Shown piece by piece: positions 10,441 to 24,649 of a DNA stretch of 64,000 nucleotides. The notes beneath the pieces are model-generated. The model did no database searches, was not told where the DNA came from, and was given only the letters and a program-made list of their open reading frames with translations. The position numbers and the translations under genes are program-made. The stretch comes from Thalia democratica (Eukaryota): positions 97,898,001 to 97,962,000 of the forward strand of contig OZ241827.1 in assembly GCA_965202585.1 (NCBI GenBank), written 5' to 3'. Position 1 is the stretch's first letter, and every line of letters starts with the position of its first letter.

Positions 10441-11618
10441 AAGATTTTTTTTTACCTTACAACATATGTAACATACAACAATAATGTTGTAAGTAATACT
10501 TTAAAGTAATTGCAAAACCAAATTTTGAAAGGTACAAGAACAATATAAGTATGTCACTTATGTGAAAAATTTTTTATAATAAACCAATGTTAAAAAGGAT
10601 TTTTATAAATCACTTGTTGAATATCAATAAGTCTATAAATATGTACAGTAAGAGAATTACAAAACTTACGTTAAATAACAATCTTAGAATCTAACAAATA
10701 CAATTTTAATTATTTATACTAAAACTATATAACGACTTAATACGAATATTTAAGTTCATTTCTTGTAAACAATCTTTGCAACTACTGGTGGTTCTGTCAA
10801 CACAACTCCTGGCGGTTATCAACACAACTCCGTTTGTGCTAACAGGTTGTGACCAAACATCACATAAAAATATTTGGTCAGTCAGTTTTGATAATAGGTC
10901 ATAAAAGAGAAATGTGCTCTTATTCTCTTTATTCTCTTTTTCTAACTTTTTGTTTCAACAGACTTTTCCGGGTAAGAATTATAACTGCAATAAACTCTTA
11001 ATTTTCTTTTAAAAACAAAATGGTTTTCAAGTGAGACTTGGAATAGGCGTTAAAAGATCAAAAATTATTAATTTTCATCATGTATCTTTACAAAGCATAG
11101 AAACTTAAAACTTGGTAATTATTTCGCAGTTTAGATAACAATAACCAAAACTGTTACTAAACTATCATTTCTTTTTGTAAAGAAACAAGGCATTAAATTT
11201 AAGTTAAAATAAGTTATAACCTTAAAAAGTGTTACTTAGAATTACATTAAGTGTCCTTGACAAATATAGTTTTTTATTTTGAAACTTTATACGACACAAA
11301 ACAAAAATGTATCTAAATACAAAGTGTTATATGTTAGGAATACTTATCTTTAATGTCTTTGCTAACTTTCGTTTTTAAACTTGTGTTTAAACTAAATTGA
11401 ATGTTTCTTATAAATATATATAAAGAATTATTTTAAAAAGAACAGACAATAAAAAAACTGTTGTTTTAATGATGTAATTAACAAATCAACTTTTCATTTT
11501 TATTTATTGAACTGATATATCTTACCTATATCTTTAAATAATGTTAGCGAGAAATTCATTCATATTGTTTCTAAAATATCTGTAATTTTTAGTAGTTTTT
11601 TATTTAATGTTTTAAGAT

Positions 11619-11734
11619 AAACTGCTTTGCGCAGTACAAATATCAATAAGTTGGCAATATCAAAAGCTTAAGATTTGACTCGAAATTTATAAAAATATTA
11701 AAATAAAGTTTGCTATAATGATGTCGTTACGTCA
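11619..11734 (+). other. Bipartite module
   Basis: AAACTGC-TTTGC-GCAGTACAAA ... TTACGTCA; spacing 97. Confidence 0.85.
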
Positions 11735-12427
11735 TTACAAATTTTAAATAAAAGAATAATTTTTTTTAGCAAACTACATAGTAAAATAAAATAACTTTGA
11801 TTTTTTATAGAATAAACTATTACAAACTTGTATTATCTTTAATGCGAATAAAAAAGTTTTATTTGTAACTTTTATTTTAAATGATTGGCGAATAAACATA
11901 ACAAATATTTAAAAGTAATACAAAAATACGTGTTCAAACAATAAATATGAAGTAATAAACTGTTTAAACATTTTCAAAATTATAATTAACATGTTTCAAA
12001 ATACAAATTTCAATTAACTTTTAGTTATGTTTATTATTCAGTAAATTTAAAATCACTAACTATGTGGTTTAAACTTTAGAATAGTTTCTACCACTTTTGA
12101 CTGAAATCTTACTAATTTTATAAAAACTTTGTCCTAGTTTGTTGTTTCAACGTCTAAATAGTTATTATTTATTTTTTATTATTTTTGTAAAATTAAAGTT
12201 TCTTAATTGTAAAATTACTGGCTGATAAAATAACTGGTATAGTTGTATAAAAAGTTTCAAAACTTTTACAACTACTATTTATTATTCAAAAAAAAAAGAT
12301 AAGTACTGATTTCTCAGTAACTTGGTTAAAACTAATTGAAACTAGTTTGAAATAGTTTAGAAATTTTTGTTTTTATAAACCAATATTTCACATATATTGA
12401 TTAAGGTTATTGTAAAAAATAAAATAA

Positions 12428-14086
12428 ATGTCTATGGAAGCTTAAATCAAAGTATTTATTGAAAGTTCCAAAATAGTAAAATTATTGAAAGAAAAATTGA
12501 TTGCATTTGGATGTAAGAAAGACAATGTATTCAATCACTCCAGGCTAATATTTATAGATTAAAAACTGAGTATAATGAAAAAAGTAAGAGCATTGAAAAG
12601 AATATTGTTGATATTCAGAATGATGACAAATATGTGATGTTTAGTATATGTTAGATGAGTTATTTCCTTAGAAGTAAAAGTAACAGAGTTACAAAGAAGT
12701 TTTTTAAAATTCAAAACAGAGTTTTCTTCTAAATTTGAAAAATTTGAATCAAAGTTTTTTACATATGTTGATGCAATGAAAAAAATGAAACCAAAAGACT
12801 TTTTTTCCAAAATCAATACTAAAATTAACAGTTTTGAAGCAGCTTATGCCGATATTGTTAAAAACAAGCCAGTTGAAGTTCTTACCGACATAAACAGTAA
12901 ACTTGATGTTGTAAAAGATAAAATAGAAGCTGATAACGAACATAAATAGATTGAAAATAAAAGACTAAGTATAATCGAACTTAATATTCCTAAAAATAAA
13001 GGTATTTCTTTACAGTAGGGGTGGGCAACGTACGACCGACGGGCCGGATCCGGCCTGCAAATGAAACTGACCGGCCCGCAAGCAAAGTGACAGGCCCACT
13101 AAGGGTCAGTATAACAAAGTTTTAATAAAACTTTTTATCATATAATTACAAATCAAAACTGTAAGAATTTGACTTTAAAATATGCTAAAAAATGTCTTCG
13201 TAAATTGATGTGTAGTAATAAATATACAATTTAGTCATAATGTTTTGCGTTGTTCTAACTTAGTTGGAATATCGTTTTGTCAAATTACCCCAAGCAAAGT
13301 GTTTTTAAAGTACGATATTTTACATACATACCTTTGTCAATTAAATTTCAATTATATTTATAGACATTGTTCTTACACCTGACGAGTCTTAATATATATC
13401 TTAAGTTGTCAGACTTGAGAAAAAACTTGTGAAATTTAAGGATTCAAAATATGTGAATCCACTGTATCAATATAACTAGATTTTGGTCGGATCCAAAACT
13501 TATATTTTAATTAGATTCCGACCGGATCCGGATATCGACTTAAAATTAGTGTGCAGTCGGATTCGGATCCAAAAAGTCATTTTTCGACTTGATCCGGTAA
13601 TTAACTAATTCAAACTATTCCGGCCCGCAAAAAACTAGATATATCCAGATCCGGCCCGTTAATTGAAAAACTTTGCCCACCCCTACTTTACAGGGTCAAT
13701 TTGATAGCTGCAAGAAAGATTTTAAAGTCCTACAAGAAGTATTAGGTGAAAAAAAAATCGAGAAACACGAACTAAAATCCTTATACCGTATAGGTAAATT
13801 TGAAGTTAGAATAGTTAGACCTATAATTGTAAAACTCAGTGACACAAAAGCTTAAGAAATCATGATTAAACTGAGAAATCTCAAGTATGTGACACATGAA
13901 TTTGAAGTTAAAATCTACATAAATCAGAATCGAGCCATTGAACAACTGACAATGTTTAAGAAGCTACGAGAAGTATTAAAAAGAAAACAAGCTATGGCAG
14001 AACAAAATAATCTCAACATAAAATATGTGATAAAGAACAATAAGATAGTGGAAGTTACAAACCATCTTTTTCGATTCGAGACCTAG
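12428..14086 (+). pseudogene. Decayed LINE (CR1/L2-type) ORF1, split by a hAT MITE
   Basis: Coiled-coil-like region, then IENKRLSIIELNIP.., and after removing the MITE, LYRIGKFEV..RPIIVKL...IYINQNRAIEQLTMFKKLREVLKRK, a typical LINE ORF1 pattern. Multiple stops and frameshifts. Confidence 0.75.
13016..13685. mobile_element. hAT-superfamily (Charlie-like) MITE
   Basis: Terminal inverted repeat TAGGGGTGGGCAA...TTGCCCACCCCTA. Exact 8-bp TSD CTTTACAG at 13008-13015 and 13686-13693. Subterminal GGCCCG/CCGGATCC repeats. Confidence 0.92.
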
Positions 14087-17000
14087 AAGCTCTGGGATTG
14101 ATAGGATACACTGTAAGCCAAGCGTTTTAAACTTTTATAATAAACTTAATCTATCTGCTAGTTTTGGTAAGAATAATCAGTCTTCTTTAAAAAGTTATAT
14201 TAACATTAATATTATTAATTTAATGATTTAGTACAAATAAAGTATATATGTAATAAACAAATCACAAATAAAAGGATATAAAACTGATGAAATTTCTATA
14301 AAAATCTTAAACATATTTACAAAAATATGCCAAAGTTATTTGTGGCAGTTATTTTATTACGTCATTAAAGTTTTTACGTTTCTACCATGTATTTCATGAA
14401 TAGTTTTAATAGTATATCTAAGTTTCGTTTTTGATAATTGTTTTTATTCAATTACAGAAAGAATTCTCTTAGTAAGTACGAACTAAGTTTTGTTGTTTTT
14501 AATTGAAAAAAATTTTGCTTATCGCAATAAAAATTTTGGTACATTTAGAAATGTTTTTTAGTTTTTAGTTTATAAACACTTCTTTGATGTTACTCTTAAA
14601 ATAAACTATTATAAAAAACTTCTTTGCTTAAGATTAACTAATAAAAATGACTTTTGATATTAAAAACTTTACCTTTGGTTTATAGTAGATAAGTATTAAT
14701 ATATGGATAAATTAAAAGCCGTTAGTTTTGAGTTGCAAATAAGATTCATGAAAAACATGCTAAATACTAAGTAATTATCTAATTAAAATGCTATTTTTAT
14801 AATTTTTTCTTGATTTAAAAATTAAAAAAATATTTTAGATGATTAATAAACTTTTTATTATTCAATAATTTAAAATAGCTATTTTCTTTCTGTGACAAAC
14901 TAACAGTTTTTTTAACACCTAGGGTTACTGAAACTTTATATTATTACAAAGAGATGTTTTAGTTTGAGATACATACTTGAAATTATTACTCATTAGCTAT
15001 TAGGGATAACCTTTAAAAAAATTTACACATGATAAATTAATGTTTTTAAAAAAATCTAAAGATACTAATTAAACATTTCGTCTTTAAATTTAAGTTCTTT
15101 GTCCACTAAACCTAAAATATTTAAGTAACCAACTGTTATGAACGATGTAAAAACCTAAACTGTCTATACTGAGTTAGTAATACTATTTTGTAGTAACTCT
15201 CTTGAAAAAATAACATATAGACATGAAACGACAAAATTGTATTAACAGTTTTTAGAAATTTATTATTATAAAATACAGTGATTTGTACCAATTGAAAGCT
15301 TATGTGACAATAAATTAATAAACTTATTTTAAATGATCTATTGTACTAGTTTGATTAGATAATATTTAATTTATAACAATAATAACTTTTGTTAAAACAA
15401 TTTAAAAACAAATTTGTTTAATGTATAAAGTCGAAACCATATTGAGTATAATTTTTACTTACATTAATATTATTACTTGTTTTAATAATTCATAAAAAAA
15501 AAAATTCGAACGTACTTATTTTGTTATAATGTAATTAAAACACGTTTGTTGAAAAAAATTAGGTTTTAAAAATGTTTGGTAGACTACACAAGAATGAACT
15601 TATTTTCATTTTTAATTTTGTATTTAACATAATATTAACATAATCCTAATTTAAATTAAATATCTTATAAACTGATGTCTACAGTATAAATAACAAAAAA
15701 CGATGAAACAAAACTAGTTGTATCAAAACTACCTCTGTTTATATAGAAAAATGCAAAAGAATGAAATGCGGGAATTACCTAGTTTCATCAACACAAGTTT
15801 TACAGGTAAAACTATTTATCGTTATTTTCATAAAAAAGTAGTAAGAATAACAACGTTAGGTTATTTCGTTAGTTTTCTTTATATTTTGAATTTTAGAGCT
15901 GTTTTATATTTTTAAATATGCTAGTACGATAGATTAATTTAAATTATTCTTTATATGTGCTTATCTGTTTAATAAATGCTTTAGCAGTAAAAATTATCAT
16001 CTATGTTTTTAATTGGGTACAAAATGTTCACATGAGTCATAGCTTTATTATCAAAGAGTAAAAGTATATTTAAAATTAAAACACGACTAAAAAATTTACT
16101 TCATCATAGAAAGTTTTTAGTTTTAACTAAATATTACTAAACTTTTCAATAACCACATAATTTTTACTTTTTTCAAAATTAAGTCTTTTTAAAATAAAGC
16201 CTATCGTTTTTTGTTAGAGCGATCTGTGTGACATTACTAAATAATATTGACTTAATTTATACTGTTAGTAATAACATCAGCTAAATTAAAAAAATATAGT
16301 TATAAACAACTACAATTTAATAAAATTATTTATAATGTAAGTCTGAAGAATATTGCCATCAACTTTCAGCTTTACATGTTTATATAAAGACGTTTAAACA
16401 GAAAATTCAATTTAAAATACCTACCCTTCTTTGCTCTTCTTTAAATTAAATCTCGAAACGTGTGATAAAAAAAAATAAAATAAAAAATAAGACGTATAGA
16501 GAAATAATACTAGGCAATTGAAATTTGATCTAAACTAAAAAACAGATACTTCTTAACAGTTAAAAAATGTTGAATATAAACATAAATCTAAAAATATATA
16601 AATTTTTAACTTGAGACTTGTAATCACTTTTTACATTTAATCAAAGTAAAGTAACTAAAACAACAGTTTTTGGTTAACATATTATTAATGATTATGTTGA
16701 TATCAAATTTTATTAACCTTTGTTTTGGCTAATTACTTCAAGTTGTATGAAAAATAGTGTATTATATAAAAAAAATAGCTTAGCTAATCAAAGCAAGCGA
16801 CTAATAAACTAAAAGAACGTGTTTATTTTTGCTGATAAATTTCTAACATAAAGTTATCTTATATTGAAACTTTGTACAAATAACATACCATAGCATTTTT
16901 TAATTTAAGTTTTTAGATCATGCTAAGAATACTTATGATTAAAATGAGTTAGTAAATAATTTAAACTAAAACATTGTCAGCTATAGTTAATCAAATTAAA

Positions 17001-17483
17001 AAGTTAAAACGAAATTAAAGCAACCTTTTTTAACCTGCTAAGTAAAATACTTATGAAATATTTTAGTGATGTAAAAACTTAGAGCTGTTATGTATTTAAT
17101 AAAGTTGTTCATAAACTTCGCTATGGTTTTGAATAAAACTTTTAAAATTCACTAAGTTATAGAAAACTTCATATTTTAAAGTTGATGGTATATTGCTCTT
17201 CAAGATAACTACTAAAGTTAGTAAAGTTTAGTTTTTTACATAAGTTAGTAAAGGTAGTATATAATTATAAACTGATTTGTAATATGCTCAACTAACTTTT
17301 TACTAATGTGTTTAACAAATAACTTTATTTCAATATATCAATAAAAGCAATATTAAATATAAACAAAATACTTTAAAAGATTGTAGTTCAAAAGTAAAAT
17401 AAAAATTGTAATGATTTTCAATGAAGTATTGTATTGATGTTATGTGTTGAAGTATCAATGAAACTCATTCAAAATTTAAAGTT

Positions 17484-17599
17484 AAACTGCTTTTTGCAGT
17501 ACAAATACAAGTATCTGAGCAAAGGAAGAGATTTAATTCTATCACTCTTTCTATAAAAAACTTGACAAAAAAGTTTGCTAGATTAATTTCGTTACGTCA
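17484..17599 (+). other. Bipartite module
   Basis: AAACTGC-TTTTT-GCAGTACAAA ... TTACGTCA; spacing 97. Confidence 0.85.
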
Positions 17600-18093
17600 A
17601 TACGACTCTTTGAGATAAAACCAGTTTTTTGTATAAAAGATTAAACCTATGATTAAGAAAGTACAAAACTATTTTTGAATTGTGTAATTTATATTTAAGG
17701 CAGTATTAAGTTTTTTTAAGAACATCACTTGTGTAAAATGATCAATCAAAAATTCTAAAAACACAATAAAATATTTCATAAAGCTTTGATTTTTACTTAA
17801 AAATTACTAGTAGAAATTTGGATTATTAATCATTTGTATAATATTTTAGTTACTTTTTATTATACGTAGCTTAGCTTTTTCATTGATAAATTTTGGAAGA
17901 TGAATTTTATTTTTATTTTAAAGCATTTTAATAATTGTCAGAAACATCCAAAACTCAAGCAATTTTAACCTGATTTTTGTACTGAATCGTTTAAAACCTC
18001 ACTAATTAAGGGAATGGAAGAAGTTTCTTAAGATTTGAAAAAATAGTTTAAACTCTCCGTAACTGAAATTTTAAGTTAAAATAATAAAATTTT

Positions 18094-18203
18094 AAACTGC
18101 TTTGTGCAGTACAAACATATTGAAGTATATCACCACTTCATTTGAAAAATATTACGATTTTACAGAAAAAAAAAAGTTCTTCGTGAACTTTGTTGTTACA
18201 TAA
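18094..18203 (+). other. Bipartite module, degenerate CRE half
   Basis: AAACTGC-TTTGT-GCAGTACAAA ... TTACATAA; spacing 91. Confidence 0.6.
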
Positions 18204-19145
18204 TTACGATGTTTCATCAAGAAAGTATTTTGTAAAATATCAACTACTATGTTAAACTCCTAGTAAGTTTTGTTTGCAGTTAATATTAAAATTGTCTTTG
18301 AATAAAACATTAAGTTATTTTTACGTTTAGTAATACTCTTCGGATTAAAATGCATTTTCAACATTCGAATTTTATGACAGTACATTTTGATTTACGAAAC
18401 ACTATTTAGTCGGAGTAATGTCGTTAAATAGTTAATAGTAAAATTACAATTACATTTTTACAAACTTTGAGTTTGAAATGATTAGATTAATTAATTAAAC
18501 TTAGTAAGGTTATGACTAAAAAGTGTTAGTGATTTTTTTTGAATTTATACGTATCTCCTAAGCTTAAACCAAATTATCTTAAATTTAGCACCATTACAAC
18601 GATAAGTTAATGACAACATAAATATGAACTTGATACAATAGCTCATACAGTTGAAGTCTACACTCAAAATGTAGTACACCCTTATTTTATTCGTTTAAAG
18701 ATGTTGTTACTAGTTTTTATACTGTATACTTTTATTTTAATTAACAGTTATATATGGATATAAAAAGTCGCTTGTTTTCAATATTTACTAAGTTTATGAA
18801 GCACTTATATTTTAGTCTACGCTTACAACTTAGTACATGAAAGTTAGCAAGTTGTGCAAAAATAGTAAAGATTTTTTTTGAAATAAAACTAGTTCTTTAA
18901 AATATTTATAATCATATAAGATTCATAATTTAAAAATAACTAGATTTTACTACTGAAATTTGATAAGGTGTTAAAAATATTACAATTTATGAAAAATCAT
19001 TATGAACAATAATTTATGAATTTTATTTACCAGTCTATTGTAAACAAACTTACTAATGTAAACAAGTTTATTTATTTATCTAATGATTAAGTATTAAAAA
19101 AAATTGTACCCAGAAATATTGAACTAATACTAAAAAAAACAGTTT

Positions 19146-19263
19146 AAACCGCTTTAAGCAGTACAAATACTGGACCATTCATCTGGATTAGTTTTCTTAA
19201 TTATAGGTTTATATTTATTACAAAAGTTTACAAAATAGATGCAAACTTTTTTTTGATACGTCA
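19146..19263 (+). other. Bipartite module
   Basis: AAACCGC-TTTAA-GCAGTACAAA ... ATACGTCA; spacing 99. Confidence 0.85.
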
Positions 19264-20599
19264 TTACGACTTTACCATGTTTGAAATATTTATTTTTTTA
19301 AATACATTTTAAAAGTTATATTTTTTTCCTCTCTAGTTTGAGGCTTTAATGAAATAATAAAATTTTATCTAAGATTGAAAAACTATGTGTAATATAGTTT
19401 TGTTTAGTTTTTTTTTTGCAAGTAGCTTTATATAAGCTAGAGAAAAAAGAATGTTCATAAAAGTTAAGATTTTTTATGAAAAATAATTATTTAAAAATAT
19501 ATATATAACGATTAATGTTGTATTAGTACTATAAATAATATAACACTTCTCATAGTAGTTTAAATTTTTGATTAAGTATATTATTTTTTATTTACCATAT
19601 TAAAAAATACCGTGATCCTAAGTTTATTCTGAAACTACAGTTTTTTAATGTTTAATTTTAATAAACTTTAAGATGTTAAACTGGCTGTCAACACATTAGT
19701 TAGGCGAGTCAACGCCAATAAAACGCAGTAAAAATTATTTTGAATTAAAACAAAAAAGGTTGAATAAACTTATTACAGTGTGTAATACTACATTAATAGT
19801 TTGTTTACATGAATTTTTAAGCTTTAAGATATTAGTTTAAAACATTTAGTTAAATTAAATCAGTTAAACTTTTACGTAACTCCACACACTAAACGACAAA
19901 AATCAAAGAATTTTTTTTTTATATTCTAATACTTGTAATTATTTATTAGGCTGTTAATTTGAATGTTAATTAATTAATAAGATTATAATTAAACTTAATT
20001 TCTTTCTATTCTTTATTTCTCATCTTTAACTACTTTGTGTTTTTCCCAAACCTTTGGGAATCTAAATTATTTTCTAAATACCCTCGCATTTATAGAGCTT
20101 TTAAGATTTACTATAGTTTGGCGACAAATATAGTCATAAATATCTAATAACATTATTAAGTAAGTAAATATCAATTTTTTTGTTTTTTTAAGTATAAAGA
20201 ATCTTTTAAGATATGTAAGAACAGTCATAGTATGCTTAGACTAAATACATGTTAAACAGTTTATTAAGTTGTTAAGTGTTATTAAATAACTTATGCTTTT
20301 AATTACAGAAAGTTTTTTGAGAATATTTTTTTTTTAATTTGAATTAATCGAAAGTCTCATATAAAACCGATGAATATTAATTTTAAATTATTTTTTAAAT
20401 AAATTTTTATTTTTAATAAGTAATAAAAAAAATACTTTTTGATAAAAATATCTTAACAAATGTTTTATTTAAACTAACTATTATAAATAAAAACTACCGG
20501 AGAGAACCACAATTAATATAAAGAAAAATTTTAAAACTTCAAAAAAGAAATGCAACTTTTTAATAATATGTTTTACTTTTAAAGTTTATGTTAGATTTA

Positions 20600-20714
20600 A
20601 AACTGCAGTTAGCAGTAAAAATTTAGCCTAAAATTAAAAATTAATCATTAACACTGCCTACATTAAATAACGTAATTGTGTTAAATTTATTAATGGACTC
20701 AAGATGTTACGTCA
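20600..20714 (+). other. Bipartite module
   Basis: AAACTGC-AGTTA-GCAGTAAAAA ... TTACGTCA; spacing 96. Confidence 0.8.
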
Positions 20715-21598
20715 CTATAAAGTTTTAATTAAATTTTTCTTTGTTCAAATTTTGTGTGATTCATATTTTCTATTTTTTACTGTTATAGTTCATAAGACAA
20801 AGCAAAATAAGCGTATCTTAAAATTATAAATAACCTGGGCGTCTGAATTAGTTAAAGTTTAAGTAAATTTAGCTTCTAATCATGATACGAGATACAAAAA
20901 AACAACAATTGTATCCGTAAAATTACATGGTTCAGGTTCATGACTATTGTTAATTGATTTTAAAAATTTAAACAATATGAAAAAATAAGATTATTTCAAA
21001 GTTTTTAGTTTTGTAACATTTCACCTTATAACCTTACAAAAACTATAATTAGTAAATAAACCTTTTGACTATATCGCAATTTAATACTATAAATAATAAA
21101 TTTCATAGTGCATAATAAAATCTCATATGCTATATGTAAAGTTTAAATTAAACGACTCGATTAAGTTTCACCTAAAATGAAGTGATTACGTGATTATTTT
21201 TTTGATCATAGAAGTTACGGTTACGATTTGAATGTAATTTGCTTGTGTTTAATTTAATCGTGTTATATAGAGGAAGGAAAACACATTGAACTAACTTATA
21301 CTATCTAGTATAAGAGACAAAAAAGTACACATTGTCTGTTTTACTGTATAAACAAGTTACATAGTTGAAGCAGTTAGGTGATTACTGAGACCTAAAAATA
21401 CACATTGTTTATATATCTGTATAAACAAATTAGATATTTATAACAATTAACTAATTGTTTCACAATTTCGGGTGACAATTTTTTTTGTAGCCTGAAATTT
21501 TGGTTACAATATAATATAAAAAAATCTAATTTAAAAATAAATTTTGATAATTTTCAGCCTAACAAATTAAAGTAAAGTTTTAATCAATTATTTTAGTT

Positions 21599-21718
21599 AA
21601 ACTGCTTTATGCAGTACAAATACAAATCATCAGGGCGTAAACTGGTACTTAAATGCTGTCAGGATTTTTACAAAAAAATTTTGTAAAAGAAATTGCTTGA
21701 AATGATGTAGTTACGTCA
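21599..21718 (+). other. Bipartite module
   Basis: AAACTGC-TTTAT-GCAGTACAAA ... TTACGTCA; spacing 101. Confidence 0.85.
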
Positions 21719-22538
21719 TCGCGCTTATAAAATAAAAATTCAATTTTTCACTTGTATACTATATCGTTGGGTCAGATAACTTTGTGTTGTGTTTAGTACT
21801 ATGTCTTTTTATATACAGGTGAACAGACATAAAAACTACTTATACTATACTTATATAAATTTATAATATTAGTCTATTTTCATGTATAAACAGATCAGAT
21901 AGCTAGAACAGTTAAGTGATTACTTAAAAATTTCAGATTTAAATACTATTTGCTGAAAATTAGTGTGGCAAATATTTTACTTAAAACCATTATTATTAAA
22001 ACCACCATTTAAAACCATGGCTTAAATATGGGATTAGTTTCGAAATGTTACGAAACTTCTTTTATTCTACTTACTTTAATATATAATATTAAAATAATGT
22101 TCAATTTTCAATTTTCTGTCATTCACAATTTTCTTAATTTTTTCTTATCTTATTACTTATTTTATTAATTTATTATCTAGTGAATACTACTTAATATATT
22201 GATCATACTTTTTAGAAAAAAGTGCTTATTATTATAATTAAGGTATAGCAAGTTTTAACTTTAAAATCAAAGTCTAGATTAAGTTAGTTGATTTACGCAT
22301 CACAAATAGCAAGAACTAAATCTTTTTCTTTCCATATCACTGTTTTAATAGAAATATTTACATAAAGATTATAGTGTGAATTTGTGTTTGCGTCATTACA
22401 ACTTGACATTTCAAAACTTAATTTTCATGTTACAAAGAAAATTATAAACAATTAAATAACCATTAGTTGTTATGTAATAATAAAAACAAACCAATCAAGT
22501 CTAATGTGTCATTTTTTCAATATTAGTGTAATCGGTTT

Positions 22539-22655
22539 AAACTGTTTAAAGCAATAAAATTATTTAACCGTACATCTTTCTAATCATTGAAAACAATCGC
22601 TGAAAATATAGAAGATTTCATATTATAAGTTTACAATAATATTTTGCTTACGTCA
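22539..22655 (+). other. Bipartite module
   Basis: AAACTGT-TTAAA-GCAATAAAA ... TTACGTCA; spacing 98. Confidence 0.7.
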
Positions 22656-23693
22656 TCACAACTTTAAAACTTGAAAAAATATTTTAAGAGTTAAACTAAG
22701 TAGAGAGTATAAGGTTGATTAATTTTACTTATGTTATAATTTATGACTATCTAATTACATAATTTATGTGACAAACAAACAAATTATTAGGTCTAAGTCC
22801 ATTCAATTTGTTAATCACAATTATAGCCATGTATAATAGAAAATAACAATAAAGTAAGCGAGCATAAATAAAACTTATAAAACTATTATAATTTAAATAG
22901 AAAATTTTATGAGATAGATTGCTTAAATTATGGCATTAAGTCATAACGCTTTAAGATGTAAAATATTTATTATTTAGTTTTAAACTACAACGATGATTAA
23001 AATGAAGTTCGCTTTTGTTTAATTTGATGTGTTTTTAAACCAATGTACAGTCATTAACTTAGATATATTTTATCATTAGTTTAAGAACACTGTCACTTTA
23101 TTCCTCTATAAGTAGGTTAGATAGTTACAATATTTAAATGACTTTTTTAACATTTCAGGTTTGGATTGTTTCTCTTTTTTACCTAGTTATAAGATTTATA
23201 CTAATATAACTTACATATAGCAACTCTAGCTAAATAATTATGAAATATACAAAATACCATCCGACTCACAACATTCTCCATTTTATAACACTTAATGAAA
23301 AAATATAGTTTATTCTAACCCTGTGTTGTATATATAAAACTTTATTTTATGTAAACGGGTATTAAAAGTATGATTACCATTTTAACTTAAATAGTTTAGA
23401 ATATAAAAACATGCTTTAATCTGTTTTGAAACTTTGACTAACTTTATATAATAAAAATAGGCTGCAAAACTAATAAAAAAAAATTAAAATAACTACAAAC
23501 GACTAATAGCCATTCAAATTAACAAAAAAAAGGTTAAAGTTTTTAAACTTTTTTATGCTGTACATATATAGAATCTTAAAAAATAAATACATAAGTTTAA
23601 TACTTTTAGTTTATATGCAATAACTTGTTTGAAAATTAGTGATTTTGTTCATATTTACTTAATAACTTTATACTATACATATAGTTTTGTTGA

Positions 23694-23910
23694 CAAAGTG
23701 CGGAAGTGACCCCCGTTCTAGAGTGACCCGTGCGAAAGTGACACACCGTTCCAAAATGACGCCGCGATACAGTGTCGTACCATGCTTAATTGACTCTCGG
23801 TACAAAAGTGACGCACCATGCTAAAGTGACCTACTTTAGTAAAGTGACGCACCGTGCTAAGTTGACCCTATGTATAAAAGTGACGCACCGTGCTAAAGTG
23901 ACGTCATCAA
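23694..23910 (+). repeat. Degenerate minisatellite of AAAGTGAC(GCACCGTGCT)-type units, ~17-20 bp
   Basis: About ten AAGTGAC/TTGAC-anchored units of variable length; probably the subterminal array of a DNA transposon. Confidence 0.7.
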
Positions 23911-24528
23911 AAATGAACCTAATTTCTGAAGAGACTTCGTGTAAAAATCATCAACCATGCAAAAATGATGTACCGTCTAAACTTTTTTAAATAACACAAA
24001 GCTAGTGTAACTAACAAAGGATAACAATAAATAATTTAAGCTTTATTTATTTTATGCTGTTAAATTCTATATAAAAATATTTTTAGCTAGAACATTTTGT
24101 TGATGTAACAAAGGATTTTCTGCAATTTATTTAGGATATATTGTACACAAAGTATGATATATTTAATTAGTAGTATTTATTATTACAAAGTATTTTATTA
24201 TTAATCAGTATTTGTTGACATCAAAGCAGTGTGTAAGATATTCTAATATGTTAGCCTGAAGTTATCATAAAAAAAAATATCATTGTACAATTATATTGTA
24301 CATATCTAAAAAGTATTAAAGTTCTGAATACTTGTTTTAGCCATATATATTTTTTGATAACAAAAACAATGATAACATGATTAATCATAATTTTTTAGAA
24401 TGTTTTAAGTTTATATTCTGAATAAAATTGTAAAATATTATTCTATTGCCAGTATAAAAGTTGTATAGAGTAATAGTATTCAAGTTGTAGAAATATTATT
24501 GCAAAAAATTTAAATAAAGATTATTTTG

Positions 24529-24649
24529 TGACGTAATCACGAAAACTCAAACATCTTTTATGAAAACTTTTAAAAAAACTCCTACTAATTTTGTTTCTAA
24601 AGATTCAAAATAAATTTTTATTGTTTGTACCACAAAAATAACGTGGTTT
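24529..24649 (-). other. Bipartite module, ACCAC/GTGGT stem type
   Basis: Top strand TGACGTAA ... TTTGT-ACCAC-AAAAATAAC-GTGGT-TT; spacing 98. Confidence 0.8.

Noticed and set aside
13376-13420. Third hammerhead (CCTGACGAGTCTT)
   Set aside because: Has a CUGACGA-like start but no closing stem II or GAAA core.
23694-23910. CRISPR-like repeat-spacer array
   Set aside because: Units are short, degenerate and of variable length, spacers are not unique, there are no cas genes, and the context is eukaryotic.
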